A stretch of DNA of 43,705 nucleotides from Candidatus Limnocylindria bacterium (GTDB taxonomy: Bacteria > Chloroflexota > Limnocylindria > P2-11E): assembly GCA_038200085.1 (NCBI GenBank), contig JBBPYG010000104.1:1-43705 (forward strand), in the 5' to 3' direction. Of this stretch, positions 18,454 through 27,860 are shown one piece after another. A program made the translations under genes and the position numbers. Numbering within the stretch: the first letter of the stretch is position 1; every line of letters starts with the position of its first letter. Below the pieces are notes generated by a model. It made no database searches. It was not told where the DNA came from and was given only the letters and a program-made list of their open reading frames with translations.

Positions 18454-19251
18454 TCAGATCTCCTTCGGGACCTCGACCGGCGACGACCAACCCCAGTCCC
18501 AGCGCACCAGCTCCTCGATCAGCGCGTGGTTCGTGAGGTCCAGGTAGATCGGGGTGACGCTGATCTTTCCCTCGCGGAGCGCCGCCACGTCGGTGCCGGC
18601 CTCCGCTTCGTCACTGATAGCCGGGCCCCCCACCCAGTAATACGGGTTGCCGTACGGGTCCAGGCGCTCGGTCAGCTGATCGTGGTAATTCCGCCTGCCC
18701 AGGCGGGTGACCTCGACGCCCACGATGCGCTCGCGTGGCAGCGCCGGGACGTTGACGTTGAGAAGCGCGTCGGCGGCGAATCCGCGGTCGAGGATGTTGC
18801 GGGCGATGAGCGCCGCGAACGACGCGGTGGGACCGAAGTCGAGATCCGCGCCGAAGGCGCCGATCGAGATCGCGACGGACGGCACGTTCGACAGCAGGCC
18901 CTCCATGGCGGCCGCGACTGTCCCGGAGTACGTGATGTCGTCGCCGAGATTCGGGCCGTGGTTGATCCCAGCCACGACGAGGTCCGGCTTGTGCTTAAGG
19001 AAGCCGAGGACGGCGAGACGCACGCAGTCCGTCGGCGAGCCGTCCGTCATAAACGCGGCATGCCCGTTCGGAAGCCGCGTCGGGCGGCACCGCAGGGGGC
19101 GGAAGAGCGTGATGCTGTGGCTGGCGCCGCTCCAGTTGATCTCCGGGGCGATGATGTTCACGTCCCCAAGGTCCGCGAGCGCGTCGACGAGCGGCGCTAG
19201 GGAGTCGGATGCGATGCCGTCGTCGTTCGTCACGAGGATCTGCCTCCTCAC
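18454..19251 (-). CDS. surE: 5'/3'-nucleotidase SurE
   Basis: ILVTNDDG, SGASHSIT, GINHGPNLG, YSGTVAAAMEG; GTGA overlap with the upstream gene. Confidence 0.95.
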   Translation of the reverse strand: MRRQILVTNDDGIASDSLAPLVDALADLGDVNIIAPEINWSGASHSITLFRPLRCRPTRLPNGHAAFMTDGSPTDCVRLAVLGFLKHKPDLVVAGINHGPNLGDDITYSGTVAAAMEGLLSNVPSVAISIGAFGADLDFGPTASFAALIARNILDRGFAADALLNVNVPALPRERIVGVEVTRLGRRNYHDQLTERLDPYGNPYYWVGGPAISDEAEAGTDVAALREGKISVTPIYLDLTNHALIEELVRWDWGWSSPVEVPKEI

Positions 19252-20462
19252 CTCGACGCCGCCGCTTCTCTCTCCTTGACCCGCGCCGCCGCGGCGTTCG
19301 CCTCCGCTGCGGCCTGCGCCGCCCGGTCTGCCTTCTCCTTCGCGTCGGCGACGGCCGTCTCGGCATCGAGTATCAGCGACGACGCCTGCGTGCGCGCGCG
19401 CCGCCCCTGCGCGATCTCGACGAGGTACCGCAGGAATGTGTTGATGACGCCGGCGATCGGCATCGCGAGCAGCACGCCCCAGAAGCCGGCGAGGTGCGAG
19501 CCGAGCAGCAGCGCGAGGAACACGAACAGCGGATGGATACCGATGCTCCGCGAGAGGATGCGGGGCCCGAGGACGTTCAGCACGATCTGCTGGAGCGCGA
19601 TGGAAAGGAGGAACACCCAGAGCAGCCTGTCGGGGGCGCCGAACAGCGTGACGGCGAGCACCGCCAGCATCGCGATGATCGGACCGAAGAACGGGATGAT
19701 GACCGTCACCCCGGATACCAATGCGAGCACCCCTGCGAACGGCACGCCGAGCGCCGCGAGGATCACGAGCGTCGCGATCCCGTAGATCAGCCCAAGCAGC
19801 AGCGAACCACGGATGAATCCGCCGAAGGACCTGTCCGCGCTCTGACGGAGCAGCTCGGCCTCGCTGCGCAGCTCCTCCGACAGCAGTCCGGTCAGTTCGC
19901 GCCACAGCGCGTCGCCGTCGATGAGCATGATGAACGCGATGATCAACACGAGCGTGACGTTGAACAGCAGCCCCGCGGTCGCGGTCGCGACACCGAGTGC
20001 GTCCGCCGCGAAACCAGCGAGCGTGTCGGCCAGGCGCTGCGGCACCGCCCCGTAGATCTGAACGAGGTCCACGCGGATACCGACGCCCTGCAGCGCCTCC
20101 TGCAGCTGCGACACGGTCTGCGCGGCACTCACGCCGTACGCCGGGCCGCGCTGCACGAGCGCGGTCAGCTGCACCACCAGGGCCGGTATGGCCAGCGCGA
20201 GCGCGCCGGCGAGGACGACCGCGATGCCTAGGTACACGATCAGCACCGCGCCGGCGCGGTTAAGCGGCGTTCGCTCGTCGATGCGGTTCACGAGCGGCGC
20301 GAGGACATCCGAGAAGGCCCAAGCGACGATGAAGATCAGCAGGACCTCGCCGATGCGCACGACCGCGTCCCACAGCTCGGCTGTGACGCGGAGGGCAACG
20401 TATACGGTGAGCAGCACGACGAGCGCGGTGACGAGCTGGCGCTCGCGCGCGCTCACATTCAC
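19248..20462 (-). CDS. AI-2E family transporter
   Basis: Multi-TM protein; IPFFGP, QQIVLNVLGPRI, IHPL, GFWGVLLAMP. Confidence 0.92.
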   Translation of the reverse strand: MNVSARERQLVTALVVLLTVYVALRVTAELWDAVVRIGEVLLIFIVAWAFSDVLAPLVNRIDERTPLNRAGAVLIVYLGIAVVLAGALALAIPALVVQLTALVQRGPAYGVSAAQTVSQLQEALQGVGIRVDLVQIYGAVPQRLADTLAGFAADALGVATATAGLLFNVTLVLIIAFIMLIDGDALWRELTGLLSEELRSEAELLRQSADRSFGGFIRGSLLLGLIYGIATLVILAALGVPFAGVLALVSGVTVIIPFFGPIIAMLAVLAVTLFGAPDRLLWVFLLSIALQQIVLNVLGPRILSRSIGIHPLFVFLALLLGSHLAGFWGVLLAMPIAGVINTFLRYLVEIAQGRRARTQASSLILDAETAVADAKEKADRAAQAAAEANAAAARVKEREAAASR

Positions 20463-20517
20463 CGCCTCGGGACTCTCACGGCCCCATGGTAGTGACCGGG
20501 TCGTAGCATTCCGGGCG

Positions 20518-21573
20518 GTGGGCCTGCAGCCGTCTTTGATCGACCGCTACGCACACCACCTCCCCATTACTGCGAGCACGCCGCGCCTGACGCTCGGCGA
20601 GGGTTCGACTCCGCTGGTGCGAGCCGCCGCCCTCGAGCGCGAGACCGGGATCCCTGAGGTCTGGCTGAAGGTCGAAGGCGCCAACCCCACCGGCTCCTTC
20701 AAGGACCGGGGCATGGTGGTGGCGGTGGCGAAGGCGCTCGAGGACGGAGCATCGGCCGTCCTTTGCGCGTCCACGGGCAACACCGCCGCGTCCGCCGCCG
20801 CCTACGCGGCGCGCGGCGGACTGCGCTGCGGGGTGGTGCTGCCGGACGGCCAGGTGGCCCTCGGAAAGCTGGTGCAGGCGATCGCGTTCGGGGCAAGGAT
20901 CATCGCGGTCCGCGGCAACTTCGACGACGCGCTGCGGGTCTCGCGAGAGATCGGCGCCAGGGGTGGCGCGACGCTCGTCAACAGCGTGAACCCGCATCGC
21001 ATAGACGGACAGAAGACCGCCGCGTTCGAGATCTGCGAGGCGCTCGGCGACGCGCCGGACGCGCTGTGCATCCCGGTCGGGAACGCGGGGAACATCACCG
21101 CCTACTGGAAGGGATTCGAGGAGGCGGTCGACGCCGGCTTCGCGACGCGGCGCCCGCGGATGTACGGTTTCCAGGCCGCCGGGGCGGCGCCGATCGTCAG
21201 CGGCGCCGTGGTCGAGGCTCCTGAGACGATCGCGTCCGCGATCCGCATCGGCAACCCGGCCTCCTGGCAGGGGGCGCTTCACGCGCGCGACGCATCGGGC
21301 GGCGCGATCGACTCCGTGACCGACGACCAGATCCTCGACGCGTACCGCTTCGTCGCCCGGTGCGAGGGCGTGTTCTGCGAGCCCGCGAGCGCCGCGGCCG
21401 TGGCAGGACTCCGCGAGCGCGCCGCTGCGGGGACGCTCGGCGGCGCCCGCCGCGTGGTGTGCGTGCTCACCGGAAACGGCCTGAAGGACCCTGAGCGGGC
21501 GCGATCGCTCGCGGGGGCGACGACGGTGCTGGATCCGGACGCTCGGGCGATCGAGAAGCTGCTCCTCGCGTGA
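20518..21573 (+). CDS. thrC: Threonine synthase
   Basis: TLGEGSTPL, NPTGSFKDRG, CASTGNT, PVGNAGNI, TGNGLKDP. Confidence 0.96.
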   Translation: MGLQPSLIDRYAHHLPITASTPRLTLGEGSTPLVRAAALERETGIPEVWLKVEGANPTGSFKDRGMVVAVAKALEDGASAVLCASTGNTAASAAAYAARGGLRCGVVLPDGQVALGKLVQAIAFGARIIAVRGNFDDALRVSREIGARGGATLVNSVNPHRIDGQKTAAFEICEALGDAPDALCIPVGNAGNITAYWKGFEEAVDAGFATRRPRMYGFQAAGAAPIVSGAVVEAPETIASAIRIGNPASWQGALHARDASGGAIDSVTDDQILDAYRFVARCEGVFCEPASAAAVAGLRERAAAGTLGGARRVVCVLTGNGLKDPERARSLAGATTVLDPDARAIEKLLLA

Positions 21574-21577
21574 TCCG

Positions 21578-22483
21578 GTGACCGAGCTCCGGGTCCGCGT
21601 CCCCGCCACGAGCGCGAACCTCGGCCCCGGCTTCGACTCGTTCGGGGTCGCCCTGCCCCTCCTAGCCGAGTTCGCGCTCCGCGCCGCGCGCACCTGGAGC
21701 GTCACGGTCGACGGGGACGGCGACGGCATCCCGACCGGCGAGGACAACCTGTTCGTCGTCGCCGCGCGCGCTGCGGCGAAGGCCGCGCGCGGGAACCTCC
21801 CGGCACAGCACGTCATCCAGCGCTCGAGCATCCCGATCGCGCGAGGCCTCGGATCGAGCGCCGCCGCGATCGCCGGAGGAGCTGTCGCGGCCAACGCGCT
21901 GCTCGGGGACCCACTCGACCGGCGGACGGTCCTGCGCATCGCCAGTGAGGTCGAGGGGCACGCCGACAACGTCGCGGCGGCGCTCTATGGCGCCTTCACC
22001 GTCGCGCTTCCGACCGCCGATGGGCCGGTGGCGACGCGTTTCGCGTTCCCTCGAGCGTGGCGGGTCTGCGTCTTCGTGCCGAAGCGGCCGCTGTCGACGG
22101 ACAAGGCGCGCGGCGTGCTGCCGGCGCAGGTCGCCCGTGCCGACGCGGTGTTCAACCTCGCGCACGCGGCGACTCTCGTCGCCGCTCTGCTGCGGTCCGA
22201 CGGCGCCCTCCTCTCGCTCGCCATGGCCGACCGGCTGCATCAGAGCGCGCGCCTCCGGCTCGTCCCGGGCCTGGAGGAGATCGTGGGCGCGGCGCGCTCC
22301 GCCGGCGCCTTCGGTGCGGCCCTCTCGGGAGCCGGGCCCACTCTTCTCGCGGTCGCCCCCGCGCGCCTGGCCGCCCGCGTGGTCGCCGCCATGGAGGAGG
22401 CCGCCGCGACGGCCGGCGTAGCTGGCCGCGGGCGGGCGCTGCGCGTGCGCGCCGCCGGTGCGCAGGTGCGGCACGTGTCGTGA
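21578..22483 (+). CDS. thrB: Homoserine kinase
   Basis: PATSANLGPGFD, PIARGLGSSAA, EGHADN, LSGAGPT. Confidence 0.96.
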   Translation: MTELRVRVPATSANLGPGFDSFGVALPLLAEFALRAARTWSVTVDGDGDGIPTGEDNLFVVAARAAAKAARGNLPAQHVIQRSSIPIARGLGSSAAAIAGGAVAANALLGDPLDRRTVLRIASEVEGHADNVAAALYGAFTVALPTADGPVATRFAFPRAWRVCVFVPKRPLSTDKARGVLPAQVARADAVFNLAHAATLVAALLRSDGALLSLAMADRLHQSARLRLVPGLEEIVGAARSAGAFGAALSGAGPTLLAVAPARLAARVVAAMEEAAATAGVAGRGRALRVRAAGAQVRHVS

Positions 22484-22493
22484 AGGAGATACC

Positions 22494-22997
22494 GTGGACC
22501 GCGAGATGACGATGCGACCGGCGCTCGTGCTCGCCGCGACCATCCTGGCCGGCTGCGGCACCACAGGTGCGCCGATCGCCGTTGGTTCGCCGAGCGCGTC
22601 GGCGGCGACGGCGAGGCCGGCGACGCCCGCGCCGACCGCGACGCCGGCACCGACGACCGCCGCGCCGGCGACCCCGCTCGTGTCGGCGCGAGGGTCGATC
22701 ACAGTGAGCAAGCCGCTCGCGGGCGCGCGCGTGGCCTCGCCGGTCACGGTGACGGGCGACGCGAGTGTGTTCGAAGCGGCGCTGCAGTGGCGCGTCGTCG
22801 ACGCGGCGGGCGCGGTGCTGGGGCAGGGAAACGCCATGGCCTCGCAGGGGGCTCCGGGCCGGGGCACCTTCACCATCGCCGCGGCATTCACCGCGCCCGC
22901 GGCCGACACCGTCGGCGCGATCGAGGTCTTCGATCGCAGCCCGCGCGACGGCTCGATCGACGAGATCGTGCGCGTGCCCGTCACCCTGTCGAAGTAG
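22494..22997 (+). CDS. Lipoprotein with a Gmad2-like immunoglobulin domain
   Basis: RBS AAGGAG; lipobox LAGC; Pro/Thr/Ala linker; SPVTVTGDASVFEA..SPRDGS. Confidence 0.8.
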   Translation: MDREMTMRPALVLAATILAGCGTTGAPIAVGSPSASAATARPATPAPTATPAPTTAAPATPLVSARGSITVSKPLAGARVASPVTVTGDASVFEAALQWRVVDAAGAVLGQGNAMASQGAPGRGTFTIAAAFTAPAADTVGAIEVFDRSPRDGSIDEIVRVPVTLSK

Positions 22998-23039
22998 CGC
23001 ACGCCCGGCCGATCAGGCCCGCGCGCGGATAATCGACGC

Positions 23040-23816
23040 GTGCCCGATCGCCTCGCGCTCCTCGCCGAACCCGCGGTCCGCAGCGCCGTCGGCCGCGAGC
23101 TCGAGCGGGTCATCGAATACCACGCCGTCCTCGACTCGACGCAGATCCGCGCGCGCGCTCTCGCCGACGCGGGGGCGCGCGCGGCGCTCGTCGTCGCAGA
23201 GGAGCAGACGGCCGGGCGCGGGCGCCGCGGCAACGCGTGGCACGCGGCGCCCGGCACGTCGCTGCTCGCATCGTGGGTGCTCCGCCCGGCGCCCGCGCAG
23301 CCGGCGCTGGTGACGCTGCTCGCGGGGGTCGCCGTCGCGCGCGCGCTCGACGCAGCGGGCTGTCCGGGGACGTGCGTCAAGTGGCCGAACGACGTGCAGC
23401 TGGCCGGAAGGAAGATCGCCGGCGCGCTGGCGGATGCGGCCGGCGAGGGGCCAGCCGCGGCGCTCCTGCTCGGGATCGGGATCAACGTCCACCAGCGCGC
23501 GGAGGATCTCCCGGCGGACCTGTCCGCCATCGCGACGTCCTGCGCGGCGGCGGGGTATGACGTCGACCGCCTGGCGCTGCTGTGCCGGCTCGACGCCGAG
23601 CTCGTCCGCTTGGAGACGACCGCGGGTCGCGACGCCGCGATCGGGCAGTGGCGGGCGCGCTCGAGCGTGCTCGGCAGGGAAGTGGAGGTGACCGGTCCCG
23701 GCGAGGCGCTGTCGCGGGGGGTAGCCGTGGACCTCGCCGACGATGGGGCGCTCGTGGTGGAGTCGGCAGCGGGCCGCGAGCGCGTGCTGGCCGGCACGCT
23801 GAGGCTGGTCGCGTGA
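23040..23816 (+). CDS. birA: Biotin--[acetyl-CoA carboxylase] ligase without an HTH domain
   Basis: DSTQ, AEEQTAGRGRRG, KWPND, KIAG, GIGINV. Confidence 0.93.
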   Translation: MPDRLALLAEPAVRSAVGRELERVIEYHAVLDSTQIRARALADAGARAALVVAEEQTAGRGRRGNAWHAAPGTSLLASWVLRPAPAQPALVTLLAGVAVARALDAAGCPGTCVKWPNDVQLAGRKIAGALADAAGEGPAAALLLGIGINVHQRAEDLPADLSAIATSCAAAGYDVDRLALLCRLDAELVRLETTAGRDAAIGQWRARSSVLGREVEVTGPGEALSRGVAVDLADDGALVVESAAGRERVLAGTLRLVA

Positions 23817-24685
23817 GAAGCTCTCCCAGTCGCTACGCGATCGTCGTCGACGGGACGACCGCTCTCGCGCCGGAGGTCGAACGCGAGCTCGATATCCGCT
23901 GGCTCCCGCTCCACGTGAACCTCGGCCTCGATTCGTTCACCGTGGGTGTGGACCTCACGAACGAGGACTTCTACCGGAGGATCGCCGCGCCCGGCGTGCG
24001 GCCGCAGACCTCGCAGCCCTCGCTCGGGGAATGCCGCGACGTTTACGACGCGGCGGTCGGGGAAGGCGCGCGCGAGATCCTCGTCCTGACGATCGCGCGC
24101 GAGCTGTCCGGCACGCACTCCGTCGCATCGACGGCGGGAGCGCTCGTGCCGGGGGTGCGCGTCGAGGTGGTCGATACGCGCACGGCGGCGGCTTCGATCG
24201 GCTTGATAGCGGCGGCGTGCGCGCGCACCCGGCGCCAAGGCGGCACATTTTCGCAGGCCGTGGATGTCGCCCGCGCGCTCGCCGGGAGCGTCGGCATCAT
24301 CGCGCTGCTCGATACCATCGAGTACCTGAAGCGCGGCGGGCGCGCCAGCAAGGCGCAGGCGCTGTTCGGTTCGCTTCTCGCGGTCAAGCCGATCATCGAG
24401 GTGCGCGAGGGGGACGTGCACGCGGTGGATCGTGTCCGCACGCGCGACCGCGCGTTCTCCCGCTTGAAGGAGCTGATCGAGGCGCGCATCCCGGCCGGCG
24501 CACGCATCCACGCGGCGACGCAGTACACCCACGATCCCGCACCCGCCCGCCTTCTCGGCGAGTGGCTCCAGTCCCGTTTCCATTGCGTGGAGCACTGGAC
24601 CGCGGAGGGCGGGCCGGTCCTCGCGACGCACACGGGACCCGGCGCGGTCGGGCTCAGCTGGTACGAGGAGCGCGCTGCCGCATGA
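23813..24685 (+). CDS. DegV/FakB family fatty-acid-binding protein
   Basis: IVVDGT, TSQPS, LSGT, LKRGGR, VKPI, THTGPG. Confidence 0.92.
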   Translation: MRSSPSRYAIVVDGTTALAPEVERELDIRWLPLHVNLGLDSFTVGVDLTNEDFYRRIAAPGVRPQTSQPSLGECRDVYDAAVGEGAREILVLTIARELSGTHSVASTAGALVPGVRVEVVDTRTAAASIGLIAAACARTRRQGGTFSQAVDVARALAGSVGIIALLDTIEYLKRGGRASKAQALFGSLLAVKPIIEVREGDVHAVDRVRTRDRAFSRLKELIEARIPAGARIHAATQYTHDPAPARLLGEWLQSRFHCVEHWTAEGGPVLATHTGPGAVGLSWYEERAAA

Positions 24686-25533
24686 GGCTCCGGATGCCGT
24701 TCGGGAGGCAGCGCCGCGATTTCCCCAGCCACCTGTGGACGCAGTGCCCGAGTTGCGGCGAGATGCTCTTCAACAAGCAGCTCGCCCGTAACCTCGGCGT
24801 GTGCACGAACTGCGAGCACCACTTCAAGCTCGGCGCGCGCGAACGCATCGAGCTCCTCGTCGACAAGGGAAGCTTCGAGGAGCACGACCGGGACCTCGTC
24901 TCCGCGGATCCTCTCGGGTTCGTAGATCAGAAGCCGTATCCCGCGCGGGTGCTCGCCGCGCAGACGAAGACCGGCGAGAAGGACGCGGTCATCTGCGGGA
25001 ACGCGACGATCGCGCAGATCCCGGTCGTGCTCGCCGTGATGGACTTCGACTTCATGGGCGGCTCGATGGGCAGCGTCGTCGGCGAGAAGCTCGCGCGCGC
25101 GGTCGAGCGGGCGCTGGTGGAGCGGCGATCCGTCGTCATCGTGTCGGCCTCCGGCGGCGCGCGAATGCAGGAAGGCACAGTCGCGCTCATGCAGATGGCG
25201 AAGGTCGTTGGGGCGCTCGCGCGCCTCGATGACGCGGGCTTGGCTTACATCAGCGTCCTCACTGATCCGACCACCGGCGGCGTCCTCGCGTCCTTCGCCT
25301 CGCTCGGAGACCTCGTGCTCGCCGAGCCTGACGCGCTCATCGGCTTTTCCGGCGCCCGCGTGACCGACCAGACGATCGGCGAGCGCCTGCCGAAGGGCTT
25401 CCAACGCTCCGAGTTCCTCCTCGAGCGGGGGTTCATCGACCAGGTCGTACCCCGCGCGCAACTGCGCGACCGGCTCGCATTCTTCCTCGGCGCGCTGCGC
25501 CCGGACGCGGGCGACATGCGCTGGAGCCTCTAG
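24682..25533 (+). CDS. accD: Acetyl-CoA carboxylase carboxyltransferase beta subunit
   Basis: LWTQCPSC..CTNC zinc ribbon, FMGGSMGSVVGE, SGGARMQEG, PTTGGV. Confidence 0.97.
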   Translation: MRLRMPFGRQRRDFPSHLWTQCPSCGEMLFNKQLARNLGVCTNCEHHFKLGARERIELLVDKGSFEEHDRDLVSADPLGFVDQKPYPARVLAAQTKTGEKDAVICGNATIAQIPVVLAVMDFDFMGGSMGSVVGEKLARAVERALVERRSVVIVSASGGARMQEGTVALMQMAKVVGALARLDDAGLAYISVLTDPTTGGVLASFASLGDLVLAEPDALIGFSGARVTDQTIGERLPKGFQRSEFLLERGFIDQVVPRAQLRDRLAFFLGALRPDAGDMRWSL

Positions 25534-25535
25534 CG

Positions 25536-26489
25536 ATGCTCGACCGCTTCGTCGGACGGAAGCCGCCGGACGGCAATGGCCACGTCCCGGCGAGCGCCGA
25601 CCTCATCGTCACCGCCGACGCGATAGCGGGAGACCGGGCGAGCGCGTGGCAGGCGGTCCAGCTCGCGCGGGAGCTGAAGCGTCCGCATGCGCTCGACTTC
25701 ATGAGCCGCGTCTTCGACCGCTTCAGCGAGATCCACGGGGACCGCCTGTTCCGCGACGACCCCGCGATCGTCGGCGCGATCGCCGAGCTCGACGGGCGCG
25801 CCGTGATGGTCGTGGCCCAGCAGAAGGGGGCATCGACCGAGGAGAACATCGTCCGCAATTTCGGCATGCCGTATCCGGAGGGGTACCGCAAGGCGGCGCG
25901 TCTGTATCGGATGGCGGAGAAGTTCCACCTGCCGCTCGTGACGTTCGTCGACACCCCGGGCGCGTACCCCGGTCCCGAGGCGGAGGAGCGCGGCCAGGCG
26001 GAGGCGATCGCTCGCGCGATCGCGGCGTTAATCCGCCTGTCGACGCCGGTCGTCGCGGTCATCCTCGGAGAGGGCGGCTCCGGAGGCGCGCTGGCCCTCG
26101 CCGTTGGAGACGTCGTGCTGGCACTGCAGAACGCGATCTATTCGGTAATTTCGCCGGAGGGTTGCGCCGCGATCCTGTGGCGAAGTTCGTCCGAGGCAGA
26201 GCGCGCCGCCGGCGCGCTGAAGCTCGCGGCTCCCGACCTGCTCGAGCTCGGGATCGTCGACGCGCTCGTCCCCGAGCCCGTCGGCGGTGCCCATACCGAC
26301 CACGACGCGGCAGCGGCGAGCGTGAAGGCCGCGCTGCGCTCGGAGCTCGAACGGTTGGGTCGCATCCCGATCGCGGACCTGGTCTCCGCCCGCTACGAGC
26401 GCTTCCGCTCGATCGGCGTCGTCAACGAGCCCGAGCCGCCCACTCCCGCCGTTCCGGTGCGGCCGTGGTGGAAGCGCGTGGTGCCGTGA
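25536..26489 (+). CDS. accA: Acetyl-CoA carboxylase carboxyltransferase alpha subunit
   Basis: HGDR, RNFGMP.PEGYRKA, DTPGAYPG, GEGGSGGAL, YSVISPEGCAAILW. Confidence 0.97.
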   Translation: MLDRFVGRKPPDGNGHVPASADLIVTADAIAGDRASAWQAVQLARELKRPHALDFMSRVFDRFSEIHGDRLFRDDPAIVGAIAELDGRAVMVVAQQKGASTEENIVRNFGMPYPEGYRKAARLYRMAEKFHLPLVTFVDTPGAYPGPEAEERGQAEAIARAIAALIRLSTPVVAVILGEGGSGGALALAVGDVVLALQNAIYSVISPEGCAAILWRSSSEAERAAGALKLAAPDLLELGIVDALVPEPVGGAHTDHDAAAASVKAALRSELERLGRIPIADLVSARYERFRSIGVVNEPEPPTPAVPVRPWWKRVVP

Positions 26490-26887
26490 CGGACGGCGAT
26501 CGCGCGCTCGACCTTCTCGATAACCTGCTCGAGCTCGCCCGTGGGTCGGCGATCGCCGAGATCGAGGTCGAGCACGATGGAACGACGGTGTCGCTTCTGC
26601 GGACGCCGCTGCCCGCCGTCCCCGCCGCGCGCGCGGTCGCCGAGGAGGCCACGTCCGCGCCGGCCGCGCACACTGTGCAGGCACCGACCGTCGGGATCTT
26701 CAGCGCGGTGCGCGAGTGGGCCGTCGGAGACGCCGTCCAGCGCGGCGCCCCGCTCGGCGCGATCCAGTCACTGGGTCACATGGCCGAGATCAGCGCTCCG
26801 TCCGAAGGCGTGATCGCCGAGGTGCTGGTGACCGGCGGATCGCCGGTCGAGTACGGGCAGGCGCTCTTCGTCATCGCAGCGGCGTGA
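26486..26887 (+). CDS. BCCP-like protein lacking the biotin-acceptor lysine
   Basis: GTGA overlap with accA. BCCP layout (IAEIEVE N-terminus, Ala/Pro linker, APTVGIF, GSPVEYGQALF), but IQSLGH where EAMK is expected; no Lys in the protein. Confidence 0.85.
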   Translation: MTDGDRALDLLDNLLELARGSAIAEIEVEHDGTTVSLLRTPLPAVPAARAVAEEATSAPAAHTVQAPTVGIFSAVREWAVGDAVQRGAPLGAIQSLGHMAEISAPSEGVIAEVLVTGGSPVEYGQALFVIAAA

Positions 26888-26930
26888 AGGCGCAGCGCTC
26901 CACGTCTCGTCGCTCCACCGGAGCGGCCGC

Positions 26931-27860
26931 GTGATGGAGCGGGATCGAGCGCTGTGGATGTTCCCTGGACAGGGGGCACAGCAGGCCGGAATGGGCCGCG
27001 AGCTCGCCGACGCTCATCCCGCCGCCCGCGAAGTCTTCGACCGTGCGAACGAGGCGCTTGGCTTCGACGTGCGCGCGCTGTGCTTCGAAGGCCCGCAGAG
27101 CGAGCTCGACAGCACGCAGAACGCCCAGCCTGCGCTCCTCGCCACCTCGATCGCGGCACTCGCGGCCGCGCGCGCGGCCGGGATGCCCGAGGGCGACCCG
27201 ATCGTCATGGGCCACTCGCTCGGCGAGTTCTCGGCCCTGGTCGCCGCCGGTACGCTCGAGTTCGGCGACGCGCTGCGCCTCGTCCGTCGCCGCGGCGAGC
27301 TCATGCAGGCGGCCGACGACACCGGCGGGATGGCCGCGGTGCTGGGGCTCGACGCGGCAGCGGTCGAGCGCGCCATCGACGGCACCGGTCTCGTCATCGC
27401 AAATGACAACGCCCCTGGGCAGATCGTGGTCTCGGGTCCCACGGCCGCGCTGGCCGCCGCCGGCGGCGCGCTCCGGCACGCCGGCGCGAGGCGGGTCGTC
27501 GCGCTGCGCGTCTCCGGGGCGTTCCATTCGCCGGCGATGCGCCCGGTCGCCGCGGAGCTCGCGAGGGCGATCGCCTCGATCCCGATCGGGGAGCTGCGGC
27601 ATCCCGTGATCACCAATGTCGACGCGCATGTGCACGAGCACGCCGCCGACCTGCCGGCGCTGCTCGAGCGCCAGGTGTGGTCTCCGGTACGATGGGCCGA
27701 CGCCGTGCGGCGCGCGCGGGAGGAGGGTGCCTCGATCTTCGTTGAGTTCGGGCCGGGCGCCACTCTCACCGGCCTCGTGAAGCGCATCCTTCCGGATGTC
27801 CAGACCCTGAACGTTTCCAGCTCCGCGACGCTGGAGGAGGCGCTGGCTGTCCTTCGATAA
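26931..27860 (+). CDS. fabD: Malonyl-CoA:ACP transacylase
   Basis: FPGQGAQ, AQPAL, GHSLGEF, VSGAFHS, SPVRW, EFGPG. Confidence 0.96.
   Translation: MMERDRALWMFPGQGAQQAGMGRELADAHPAAREVFDRANEALGFDVRALCFEGPQSELDSTQNAQPALLATSIAALAAARAAGMPEGDPIVMGHSLGEFSALVAAGTLEFGDALRLVRRRGELMQAADDTGGMAAVLGLDAAAVERAIDGTGLVIANDNAPGQIVVSGPTAALAAAGGALRHAGARRVVALRVSGAFHSPAMRPVAAELARAIASIPIGELRHPVITNVDAHVHEHAADLPALLERQVWSPVRWADAVRRAREEGASIFVEFGPGATLTGLVKRILPDVQTLNVSSSATLEEALAVLR

Noticed and set aside
21662-24631. 989-aa antisense ORF, and similar long shadow ORFs (4816-7020, 9877-11673, 32621-34258)
   Set aside because: They lie opposite well-supported genes, are Arg/Ala/Pro-rich with no motifs, and are expected in high-GC DNA.
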